Notes under the pieces: generated by a model
Seen by the model: the letters and a program-made list of their open reading frames with translations, nothing else
Database searches by the model: none
Told to the model about the DNA's origin: nothing
NCBI GenBank assembly: GCA_965221445.1
Contig: CBDCSF010000004.1
Location: 5,556-69,555, forward strand
Length of the DNA: 64,000 bases
Reading direction: 5' to 3'
From: Paracoccaceae bacterium
Lineage (GTDB): Bacteria > Pseudomonadota > Alphaproteobacteria > Rhodobacterales > Rhodobacteraceae
In this document: piece after piece, positions 47,560 to 56,335 of the stretch
Position numbering within the stretch: position 1 is the first letter of the stretch
Layout of the letters: the number at the start of each line of letters is the position of its first letter
Translations under genes and position numbers: made by a program

Positions 47560-48315
47560 GCTTTGCCCTGAAGCAGTAAATTTCCTGGATAGCAGGTGCC
47601 AGGGAAATCCGTTCCACTCTTCGTCATCAAGAAGCCGTCCGCCTGATTTAGGACGTGGACCTCCCCATTGCTTGAAGAAAAAGGCAATATTCTCCTCCAT
47701 ACACTGATCCCTGATTTCTGTTGCCCACTCAGGGGCCATTACTCTTGCTTTTGGTCCACTTTCACCACCAACAATTACCCAGGCGATATCAGACAGATCA
47801 ACATCACCAATCGGTCCCAAGAGTGGTTCAAATGAAATAAACAACGCCTCCGAGTTTATTCGTCTGAGATGTTCAATACGCCCCTTGTGTCCCGAATTCT
47901 CAACTGAAACACCAAGCCAAATATGTGATGGTATGGGCTTTTTGTCATATCTACTTTTCAAATAGTTTTGCATAAGCGAACTTCGTTTGGTCAGGATCTG
48001 ATAGATATGCCAGTCGGCTTCTTCCATGATGTCGAAGACCTGGTCTATGAAACACCGATCAACTTTCTTGTGAAACAGATCGCTCATAGAATTCACAAAA
48101 ATCATGTGGGATTTTTTCCAGGATACTGGTATTCCCAGTCGAGAGGGCCAGAGACGCAGGTCAAATCCCTGTTCGTAAGGATGACCCTTGATTCCTCGCC
48201 ACCGTTCGGCAAATCGCTCTGCATAGCAATTATCACACCCGGGGCCTATCCTGGTGCACCCTGTAACTGGATTCCAGGTCGCATCTGTCCATTCGATCCG
48301 TGATTTCTGTGCCAT
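47539..48315 (-). CDS. DUF5131 (phage Gp37/Gp68 family) protein
   Basis: N-terminus KSRIEWTDATWNPVTGCTRIGPGCDNCYAERFAERW is typical of the family. The 3' end overlaps the convergent ATPase-ANK gene by 21 nt. Confidence 0.8.
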   Translation of the reverse strand: MAQKSRIEWTDATWNPVTGCTRIGPGCDNCYAERFAERWRGIKGHPYEQGFDLRLWPSRLGIPVSWKKSHMIFVNSMSDLFHKKVDRCFIDQVFDIMEEADWHIYQILTKRSSLMQNYLKSRYDKKPIPSHIWLGVSVENSGHKGRIEHLRRINSEALFISFEPLLGPIGDVDLSDIAWVIVGGESGPKARVMAPEWATEIRDQCMEENIAFFFKQWGGPRPKSGGRLLDDEEWNGFPWHLLSRKFTASGQSLHFGAG

Positions 48316-48368
48316 TTATAAGTCCCTTTCGCAATTCCGACGGTCAATAAAATGTCCATCAATCCGGG

Positions 48369-48445
48369 ACAGTAAAAGCCTCCTCTCCAGAGAAATTTCA
48401 TGAGCATACACATTTAAATTTTGCAATTTCCCGATGTGTATGAAC
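48369..48445. promoter_or_regulatory. Box 3 copy plus 9-bp inverted repeat upstream of the rep-like gene
   Basis: 48369-48416 matches 50551-50597. CATACACAT (48405-48413) and ATGTGTATG (48434-48442) form an inverted repeat with a 20-bp spacer. Confidence 0.6.
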
Positions 48446-48503
48446 GTAACTTGTGGTGATTTTGTCAGGGAATCATCCAACAAACAAGTTCATTGGAAAG
48501 CAG

Positions 48504-49802
48504 ATGACAGATATAAAGAGCAGTGCCAGGCCCAAAAGCCCAGACCAGGGCAACAGAATAAAAATCCAGCAATCTGCTGTGGTTAAAGAGCGCCATCCGG
48601 AGGAACCCAGGGACCCGGTACGCATTGTTGACAACCTTCCCATGGTCTGGAAGGAGAACCAGTGGTTGACCTCAGAGTGGGTTTATCGGCTCCAGGAGAA
48701 ATGGAACTACATCGAGAGTCACCTTCATCCGGAAATTATCGGATGGACCGGTGTGGCCAACTACGATGAAAGTAAAAAAAAGGGTGATGTCGTCATCATT
48801 GTCAGCCATCCCCTGTTCTGGCAGGATAAACAGGAATTCGATTCTCATGGAGAAGCCAGGAAAGAAACCCGCAGACAGTTTGCCAGGGCATTGGGAATCC
48901 AGGTCGGAAAGTTGATCGTTCTGGGCGGAGGTGGTATCCTGACAAGGGAAAAATGGCAAAGCCGGCTCAGGCCACTGGCGGAATTACCAACCGATGTGGC
49001 GGTCATGCCAAGTCACTGGTGTGAAACCAGGCTGTTTATACCGGTCAAGCGTGGGCGCAAGGCTTTTGTTGAGGATGTGATCATAGTCGATCGTCCTGAT
49101 GTCCAGATAAAGATGGCAGGCAAGCAACTGAACATGAAGGACGCCAAGGTGCTCATGGCTCTTCTCAGGATGATGAAGGATGAACCGGTTGAAGATATGG
49201 TTGAAACTACGCTGCATGAGCTTTGCCGAGCCACAGGTGGCCGGAAACAGGCTTTTGGATCCGGAGCCGTGAAGTCTGTACTGGCCAGCCTGAACCGATT
49301 GGACTGGCTACGCCTTGAGGTAAGGAACAAGGAGGGACGATCAGTCTACAGAGGCAATCTTCTTCTCCATTGCTGGCGTGACGAGGTCACCCTGCGTTTG
49401 AAGATACAGTTCAATCCGTTTCTGATCAGGTTGTTTGAAAATCTCAATTACCTGCAGTGGGACTACATCAGGAATCTGGGTGCCGCCGAACAATGGTTCT
49501 ACATGGCGGTTACCAAGGACAGGCCAGGTCAAACGCAGTATCGTCAGTTGCTTGATGTTTATCCCAAATACACCGGCAATGAAAAATTCCAGCAAAATGC
49601 TTACAGAAAGTGGGTTTCCAAGGTTGCAAAACCATGCCTGAAGAAGTTGGAGGAGGACGGTATCATAACCCACCTCTCCATCACCCGATCATCAAAGGGC
49701 GGTCATGTGACCTCATGGATAGTTGCAGCCCTGGCCGGAATTGAACCGGGTAGTGATATAAGGGAGGGTTTCCTCAGGGTAGAGGAGAAGGGTGTCCTTT
49801 GA
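48504..49802 (+). CDS. plasmid replication initiator-like protein (TrfA/RepA-type winged-helix, tentative)
   Basis: ATG 48504. The central region LNMKDAKVLMALLRMM...TLHELCRATGG...VLASLNRLDWLRLEV resembles iteron-binding initiators. It is followed by tandem 22-bp iterons. Confidence 0.45.
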   Translation: MTDIKSSARPKSPDQGNRIKIQQSAVVKERHPEEPRDPVRIVDNLPMVWKENQWLTSEWVYRLQEKWNYIESHLHPEIIGWTGVANYDESKKKGDVVIIVSHPLFWQDKQEFDSHGEARKETRRQFARALGIQVGKLIVLGGGGILTREKWQSRLRPLAELPTDVAVMPSHWCETRLFIPVKRGRKAFVEDVIIVDRPDVQIKMAGKQLNMKDAKVLMALLRMMKDEPVEDMVETTLHELCRATGGRKQAFGSGAVKSVLASLNRLDWLRLEVRNKEGRSVYRGNLLLHCWRDEVTLRLKIQFNPFLIRLFENLNYLQWDYIRNLGAAEQWFYMAVTKDRPGQTQYRQLLDVYPKYTGNEKFQQNAYRKWVSKVAKPCLKKLEEDGIITHLSITRSSKGGHVTSWIVAALAGIEPGSDIREGFLRVEEKGVL

Positions 49803-50072
49803 CATCAATCCCTTTCGTGGAACACATAACCTTCTTCCTCCACGCAGCACCTGGGGCAGGTTAGTTAACTTAAAGGACATACGGTCGTCCATGAATCAAT
49901 AAGATTCTGACGTTAATTGGCTACAACCATCCTGCCAGGTCTTCCAGGCACACTCACGATCAGGTTAATTCCATCAAGGTAAGGTCTTCCGTATTTTCAG
50001 ACCATGACGATCACAAACATTTTCCCTTTCTTCCTTGTTGTTTGAATACCTCAATTATTTTACTTTGGGACC

Positions 50073-50160
50073 ATGACTAACGGTAACAAACACTATGATT
50101 AACAGTAACGCTGACTATGATTAACGGTAATGTAAACCATGATTAACGGTAACAAATAAA
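50073..50160. repeat. oriV-2 iterons: four tandem 22-bp direct repeats (ATGAYTAACRGTAAY...)
   Basis: Units start at 50073, 50095, 50117 and 50139, exactly 22 bp apart. A related ATGACGATCACAAACA lies at 50004. Downstream are a GC palindrome and an AT-rich stretch (50227-50250). Confidence 0.7.
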
Positions 50161-50202
50161 AATAAAACCAACCCTCTGAAACCCCCATGGTTAAAGTCAA
50201 AA

Positions 50203-50226
50203 AGAACGCTCTCGCGCGCGCGTTCT
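50203..50226 (-). terminator. hairpin AGAACGC-N10-GCGTTCT; on the minus strand it is followed by a T run (possible intrinsic terminator or ori structural element)
   Basis: Read directly. The minus-strand context is AGAACGCGCGCGCGAGAGCGTTCTTTTTG. Confidence 0.3.
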
Positions 50227-50550
50227 AAAATAAATATTAAATAAATATAAAAGAAGGGGCAATCCGGATCGAATTCAGGCAGGGTTTTTAGAACCGTAAG
50301 GACCCAACCCCTTTTTGTCGCTTTGCTCCAAAAACCCGTTGACCCCACCCATTCCCGCGGTGGAAACAGTGCATAAGTTAACCATCAATTTTGCGGCCTT
50401 CGGCCTGTTATGAAAGGAAGAACAGGCGGAATCAAATGGACAATGGGGGATTAAAAGGCTGCCAGGTTCCACAGGATAGCCGTGAGAGTCAAAGAAACCG
50501 GTTGGAGGTATCCGGAAAGGCAGGGAGATTAAAATACCCGTCAGCCTAGA

Positions 50551-50597
50551 ACAGTAAAGCCTCCTCTCCTGAGAAAATTCATGAGCATACACATTTA
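50551..50597. promoter_or_regulatory. Box 3 copy upstream of the 50770 gene
   Basis: ACAGTAAAGCCTCCTCTCCTGAGAAAATTCATGAGCATACACATTTA. It is followed by the palindrome GTATCC-ATG-GGATAC. Confidence 0.6.
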
Positions 50598-50769
50598 GTT
50601 TTTGTATCCATGGGATACGAATCCTAATGATTGTCAGGAGATGTAGTCGATCCAAACTTTTGGAAATAAACGGTCAGATTAAAAAAATGCAAGTCGGTTT
50701 TGACATTTGCACATGCAACCCGAGAGTTAAGGTTAAACGTGTTTAACCATTATGTAAGGAGTAAAAACC

Positions 50770-52152
50770 ATGGTTACATTCAACGAAATGAAGCAGAAGA
50801 GGAAATCCCGATCATTCAACCGGGTTCCGCGAGCTGCTTCAATCATAGCGGAGGTTGTCGGTACTGATGCTGACAATGATCGGGTTACCGTCAAGCTGTC
50901 CCAGGTTGCTGCGGATGCTCTCAAGGTAGAGGATGCAGGCAAGACCTTTGATATCAGTATCAAGAAGGCAGCTTCCGACCGGCAACCCAACCTGTCTGAC
51001 CTTCTGGGCAAGACAGGTGGAAACATCGGTCAGGACATGCGTGTTGAGGCCGGTTCTTTCCTTCGCCTTGACAATGTCACTCTTGACAACAAGACAAATT
51101 GTCTTGAAACCAGTTGGGCCAATCTTGCCGCAGGACCAAGGGCCCTGGCCAATGATCCTGTCAAGCCGGAACTTCTATCGGGTATGGTCAAGACGTCGTA
51201 TAATGATTACAAGACGGCGGATGGCAAGGATACCAGAAGGTGGGCCACCGAAGTCATGTTTACCAGCAAGGCAGTTCAGGTTGCAACCGTGGCCAACCTG
51301 TCCAGTGCTGTCGAAAAGATTCTCGGCGATCAAAATCCTGTCGGTGGTACCCCTCAGGCCCTTGTTCGACTGACCCTGAACGACACCGGAGAGCCCATGC
51401 ATTTCTATGCAAGGAAAAACTGGAACAAGGAGGCGGAGGCACTGGAAACTCCAGATGCTGCCGTCGCCCGTTTCATGCAGGAAAATGATCTGGAAGATCT
51501 GGACATGTCGAATCTGACGGTCGAGGTTGTTCCCATGGTGCGTCTGTTTCCGGGAGGGGAAACCCAGAAGGAAATCAACTGTCGCATGGGGGACAACATG
51601 AAGCTTCCAACATTCAGGGGACCAAGCAGGTACGACATCACCGAGGTTCATGGCGACCAGCGTCGCAAAAATTCGGCAGCTGTTACTTCCCGCAAGGCTG
51701 CATCAGCTAAATCCCTTGAATTGGTCAAGACCATAGCTGCCGAAAGAAATCGCAAGCCTGAATTTGGTGACAAACCCACGCAGGGTCAGGTTGCAGCCTG
51801 GTTACAGGAGAATGGTCTGCAGCTCGGATGGGCGCATGGTGATGTTCTGGTTCGCTTCAGGACTGATCGTGAAACAGGTCAAACCTTTTCCTTTCCCTCA
51901 GCCTGCTCAACCACAACCCGGACCGGCATTCAACTGGATGCCATTACAACACCCTATGCACCGAATCATAACGAGTGGCTGAAGAGTGAGCTCCAGGAAG
52001 CCAGGGATGTCCGCCAGGCTGCCAGGGAGGATACAGTGATTGTGGAAGGCGAACCAGCTTCCTCCGGGCAGGACGATCTTTCCCATGGAGATCTTCAGGA
52101 ATCTCTGGCTGATGAACCTGCTGACACAGCTGCCGGTCCTACTCCTTTCTGA
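50770..52152 (+). CDS. hypothetical 460-aa protein heading the thin-pilus operon
   Basis: Long ORF with an RBS (AAGGAG). No signal peptide. Acidic C-terminal tail ending ...DEPADTAAGPTPF. Confidence 0.55.
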   Translation: MVTFNEMKQKRKSRSFNRVPRAASIIAEVVGTDADNDRVTVKLSQVAADALKVEDAGKTFDISIKKAASDRQPNLSDLLGKTGGNIGQDMRVEAGSFLRLDNVTLDNKTNCLETSWANLAAGPRALANDPVKPELLSGMVKTSYNDYKTADGKDTRRWATEVMFTSKAVQVATVANLSSAVEKILGDQNPVGGTPQALVRLTLNDTGEPMHFYARKNWNKEAEALETPDAAVARFMQENDLEDLDMSNLTVEVVPMVRLFPGGETQKEINCRMGDNMKLPTFRGPSRYDITEVHGDQRRKNSAAVTSRKAASAKSLELVKTIAAERNRKPEFGDKPTQGQVAAWLQENGLQLGWAHGDVLVRFRTDRETGQTFSFPSACSTTTRTGIQLDAITTPYAPNHNEWLKSELQEARDVRQAAREDTVIVEGEPASSGQDDLSHGDLQESLADEPADTAAGPTPF

Positions 52153-52182
52153 TGAAACGGCTAAAGAAAGCATGAAGGGAGT

Positions 52183-53862
52183 ATGATATTGGGATACCGT
52201 GTTTGGTTACTGTGGACGATGCTCCTTGTGTTGGCTGCATGTGGTGGATTGGACGACAGTAAAAGGGATCCCATTGTCAGACAAAAAACGACGGAAATAG
52301 AGGCCCTGGCTGCCGAGCTCGGGGCCTCTCTTCATACCAATGTCAGGGAGGTTGACCGTCCCTGGTATGGATCAGTCTTACCACAACCCGCCAAAGCAAA
52401 GCCGTTTTCCCCGCTGCTTAGCCGACCGGATGCCCTTCATCTGCAGGGTTCAGAAGAGGTCACACTTACCGAATTGGCCAATCTGGTTGAACAATCAACC
52501 CGTCTGCCAGTCCATGTCCGGACAACCTACAGCGATCCGGAAAACAAACCTCTTGACTATATAATCAGGGAACGGTATCCCATGGACTACCGTGGCAGTC
52601 TGGCCCATGTCCTGGACATGATAGCCGCCCGATATGACATTTTCTGGGATTTTGACGGGACGACCATTACTCTTGAACCCATGCAGACCCGAAGTTGGTC
52701 CCTACCCATCCCCGTAGGTGCAACCGAGGTTTCGCAAACCTCTGCCGGTCTTGGTGGTGGTTCAAGTACGGTGACCACATCCACCAGCCATACTCTCGAT
52801 CCCTGGGCCAGTCTTGAAGGACTTCTTCGAACCGACCTGGTATCCCCGGCGGACATCAGGGTCTTTCGGGAAATTGGCCAGTTGGTGGTACTCGGCCGTC
52901 CATCGGATATGGTCCGTATTGACCGGACCCTGGAGGAACAGCTTTACATTTACGCCAACAGAATAGGTCTCGAAATTGCCGTCTACTATGTCAATACAGC
53001 CAATCTGGATCAGTTCAATCTCCAGCTTACGGCTCTTCTAAGACGGAATTCCGGACTTGCCCAGGTTTCAACTACCGGATCGGTTGTTCCACCAGCAGGA
53101 AGTGTCAGGGTATTCGACAATCAGACAGTTCCAGACAACCAGACTGTGGGTGCAGCCAGGGATGCCCTCACTCTGGCCAGGGCAGAAGAGGTAAATGCCC
53201 GGCGACTGGTTGACAATCCCGCTCTCAGAGGAGAAGATCAAACGGAAGCGGAAATTCTGGCAGCCCTGACAACGGCCGAGGCCAATACGGCTGTAGCCGA
53301 AGCCAATCTGAACCGGACCCGGGATTTGGCTGTTCAGGCCTTTACGCCCAATTCATTTATTGATTTCCAGAGTTTGGCCAGCAATGAGGCAGTGGTCGAT
53401 TACCGACAGGGTTCGTCGGTAACCCTTTCGGGAGTAGCCACTCCAATCGTTCTCTCGCGCATTTCCAATTATGTATCCAGTATCAGTACTGATGACGATG
53501 GACGCACCACTCTTGAGACATCAACCATTGACGAAGGTATAAGCATTCATGCCATTCCACGTTTGATTGACCGTAATCAGTTACAGCTGTCACTCACTGT
53601 CATACAGAATGCCCTTGTATCACTTCAGCGTTTTGCTTCCGGTTCTGCAGCCCTCCAGCTACCGACCACCGATCACCGGGCAGTTGCTGCCGATACGGTA
53701 TTAAGACCGGGTGAAACCCTGATTCTCTCCGGATACGAGCAGGATGTAACTACAACCAACAAGGCCAGGGGATTTCTGGGAACCGGCCGGACAGGCAACA
53801 GCATAAAGGTCCGTATGGTTGTTCTGGTACGACCTGCCCTACTTGCCTTGCCGAACAGTTAA
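52183..53862 (+). CDS. pilN: PilN-like lipoprotein secretin of a type IVb (IncI thin) pilus
   Basis: Lipobox LVLAACGG. C-terminal secretin-like LQLPTTDHRAVAADTVLRPGETLILSGYEQD...MVVLVRPALL. 559 aa. Confidence 0.75.
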   Translation: MILGYRVWLLWTMLLVLAACGGLDDSKRDPIVRQKTTEIEALAAELGASLHTNVREVDRPWYGSVLPQPAKAKPFSPLLSRPDALHLQGSEEVTLTELANLVEQSTRLPVHVRTTYSDPENKPLDYIIRERYPMDYRGSLAHVLDMIAARYDIFWDFDGTTITLEPMQTRSWSLPIPVGATEVSQTSAGLGGGSSTVTTSTSHTLDPWASLEGLLRTDLVSPADIRVFREIGQLVVLGRPSDMVRIDRTLEEQLYIYANRIGLEIAVYYVNTANLDQFNLQLTALLRRNSGLAQVSTTGSVVPPAGSVRVFDNQTVPDNQTVGAARDALTLARAEEVNARRLVDNPALRGEDQTEAEILAALTTAEANTAVAEANLNRTRDLAVQAFTPNSFIDFQSLASNEAVVDYRQGSSVTLSGVATPIVLSRISNYVSSISTDDDGRTTLETSTIDEGISIHAIPRLIDRNQLQLSLTVIQNALVSLQRFASGSAALQLPTTDHRAVAADTVLRPGETLILSGYEQDVTTTNKARGFLGTGRTGNSIKVRMVVLVRPALLALPNS

Positions 53863-53872
53863 GGCGGATACG

Positions 53873-55369
53873 ATGTTAACTCGATTGAAATCCATCCTGA
53901 CCATCAGCAGGTTTAGGATCCTTTCGGGAAGAAAGGCAAGTAGGAAATCTGTAAGGTCAGAACGCCTCCCTCATTCAGGGAATGCCAATGCTGATTCAAA
54001 TAACAAATCACCTGAAGGTGAAGAACCCGTAAAATCCACTGCAAACACAAACAGGATTTCTTCACTGCTGGCAAAATTACCCTGGCGAAGGGCTGGCAAA
54101 AGCGCCAGTATCAGACCGGAACCCCTGCCGGAATATCGTTTTTTCCGCTGGAGGGGTGATACCTATCTGGTCGGTTTTGAATGGTCAAGCAAAAAACCGG
54201 GATTCTTCTCACGCTATCCGATGCATCTTTCCTGGAGAGACTCCCATATTGTCTCACCACGTAAACTGAAATATGATTATCACATTCTGATGCCGATGGT
54301 TGCTGGACAGATTGGCATTCAGCCGGATACTCCCGAATGGGCAGGTGCCACCAGGATTCTGTTGAGGGACGAGAATGAGGAACGCGAGGCCCCCCTCTAC
54401 TGGTCGGCGGTCTTTCATGAGGGGAGGCCTGTTTATGACAGGGAATTGTTGACCCGGGATCCGGACTATATCAGATCCTTCATTCAGCAGGAATGCACCA
54501 ATCGGGCCATTGAACAGCTGATTGCCGACGAGAAATTTCTGGCTTCCATCATGCCAGGAAGTGTATCGGTAAGCCCGATTGAACAGTTTGACAAAAAATG
54601 GAAACTACCTGAAGAAGAGCCGCAGTATCTCAATACCAGGTATCAACCTGTAATTATCAGGACCGGCATGGTACTGGCAACGGTTATGGTTCTCCTTGCG
54701 GGCAGCTTTCTCTATCTGCTGAGCGGTTCCGGACGTGATGTCCTGATATCCCTTGGTCTGGCGGAACTGCCGGAACAACCGGAAATGACCTATCCCCATG
54801 TCATTGACTGGCAGGAGTTCACTGTAACCTGCCGACACCTGCAGGAACAATCATGGCCCATATCACCCGGCTGGACCCTGGAGACGATTGGTTGCTCTGC
54901 CCGGGGTATGCAGGATGCACATCATCAGCCCTTTTATGCAAGGCCTGATACCGGTTCAGCTTACCGGAGTTACCGGATTAAGGGAGAGCATCACGAATGG
55001 CTGACATTGCAGGCTGCCAAATTCACCACCCGTAACTGGGAGGGCAATATCGAAATATCACCGGAAGCCATGGTGCTTTCACGTCCCATGGAGGTGAAAC
55101 TCTTGCCCTGGAAGGAAAGGGATTTTGACGTGACCGAATTTGCCGATCATACCAACCGACAGTTTCTGGGAACTGCAACAGCCATTGAGGAGGATGCCGA
55201 CAGGATGGTTATCAGGACGTCCGTTCGTGACCGGAATGTCTTTCCCATTCTGCATGAAATGAAGGATTATACACCCTTTGGTGTCTATACCTTAAACCGG
55301 ACAAAGGGTGAACTGACTCTGACCCTCGGTTCCCCCAATGTCATGCATCTGACGAAACCGGTTTATTGA
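53873..55369 (+). CDS. PilO-like pilus biogenesis protein (by position)
   Basis: ATG 53873. One central TM helix (VIIRTGMVLATVMVLLAGSFLYLL). It lies between the secretin and the PilP-like gene. Confidence 0.45.
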   Translation: MLTRLKSILTISRFRILSGRKASRKSVRSERLPHSGNANADSNNKSPEGEEPVKSTANTNRISSLLAKLPWRRAGKSASIRPEPLPEYRFFRWRGDTYLVGFEWSSKKPGFFSRYPMHLSWRDSHIVSPRKLKYDYHILMPMVAGQIGIQPDTPEWAGATRILLRDENEEREAPLYWSAVFHEGRPVYDRELLTRDPDYIRSFIQQECTNRAIEQLIADEKFLASIMPGSVSVSPIEQFDKKWKLPEEEPQYLNTRYQPVIIRTGMVLATVMVLLAGSFLYLLSGSGRDVLISLGLAELPEQPEMTYPHVIDWQEFTVTCRHLQEQSWPISPGWTLETIGCSARGMQDAHHQPFYARPDTGSAYRSYRIKGEHHEWLTLQAAKFTTRNWEGNIEISPEAMVLSRPMEVKLLPWKERDFDVTEFADHTNRQFLGTATAIEEDADRMVIRTSVRDRNVFPILHEMKDYTPFGVYTLNRTKGELTLTLGSPNVMHLTKPVY

Positions 55370-56334
55370 TGATAGATAAAGCCGGCTATAAATTCGTACC
55401 AACACTTTTCGTTGGTCTTCTTTTCCTCATGGGTATATACCCCGGTCTTACACTTGCCCAGAATGTTCCTCTTTTTGGGTCGTCTCCCACGGAAAAAAAC
55501 GACCGGGACAATGGAAACCTGGCGATCTGTCCCCATGAACTGTTGAGCAAGGCCTATCTTGGCCTGGCCGATGAGTCACCGGCGGTACTTGATATTTATG
55601 CAGTAGAACAGGAAGTTCTGCTTCTTTGTCGGGAGCGACAGGAGCTGCTTTTGACGATTGCCAAGAATGACCAGCTTCTGCGAGAAAAACTTAATATTCA
55701 ACCGGCGGGCAGTTTATCTGTCAGCACCCCTCCTGTTGTTGCCTCGGTTGAACCTGTGGAATGTATTCCGTCGGAACAACAAGTTATGGACAGGATTGAA
55801 ACCGGACAGGGAACCAATTCAGGGGACACAGACGGGGAGAATGTGTCGTCCCTGGAACAATCATCTTCTCAAAATGAAGAAATGGATACATCTGACCCCG
55901 CATCTGTCGATTTATCCGAACAGGAAGGACTGCACCGTTGCCTTCCTCCCTTGCCGTACAGTCTTCATTCCCTCATGCGGGTAGGTTCACACTGGCAAGC
56001 CAGGTTGCGTACGGCTGAAGACAGGACGATTGATGTAAAACTCCGGGATAGCCTTCCTGATGGCAGGATTGTTACCGATATCAGTGGCCGGGGAATCGAA
56101 ATATCGGATTTTTGGGGTAATAGCGAAAGGCTGCCTCTACAGGCAAGACCATCATCAACTTTGGATGAACCCGATGGCAAAGGTACCGACCAGTCCACTC
56201 AACCATCAACTGATCCGGGGATTTCCGACATGACAGCAGAGGGAACAGGTCAGGAAATCGTACCAGACATGATGTCAGGAAATGGAACCAGGGATGTCAT
56301 CCTTCCATCTCAAAACGATGGAAAGGACAGGTAG
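55366..56334 (+). CDS. PilP-like pilus biogenesis protein (by position)
   Basis: Signal/TM at the N-terminus and an acidic linker. The C-terminal beta domain SHWQARLRTAEDRTIDVKLRDSLPDGRIVTDISGRGIEI is reminiscent of PilP. Confidence 0.45.
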   Translation: MMIDKAGYKFVPTLFVGLLFLMGIYPGLTLAQNVPLFGSSPTEKNDRDNGNLAICPHELLSKAYLGLADESPAVLDIYAVEQEVLLLCRERQELLLTIAKNDQLLREKLNIQPAGSLSVSTPPVVASVEPVECIPSEQQVMDRIETGQGTNSGDTDGENVSSLEQSSSQNEEMDTSDPASVDLSEQEGLHRCLPPLPYSLHSLMRVGSHWQARLRTAEDRTIDVKLRDSLPDGRIVTDISGRGIEISDFWGNSERLPLQARPSSTLDEPDGKGTDQSTQPSTDPGISDMTAEGTGQEIVPDMMSGNGTRDVILPSQNDGKDR

Positions 56335-56335
56335 A

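Noticed and set aside
50275-50655. 126-aa minus-strand ORF (and 50121-50348) in the long intergenic region
   Set aside because: The amino-acid composition is poor, there is no RBS, and the ORFs overlap the box 3 element and hairpins. The region is treated as non-coding.
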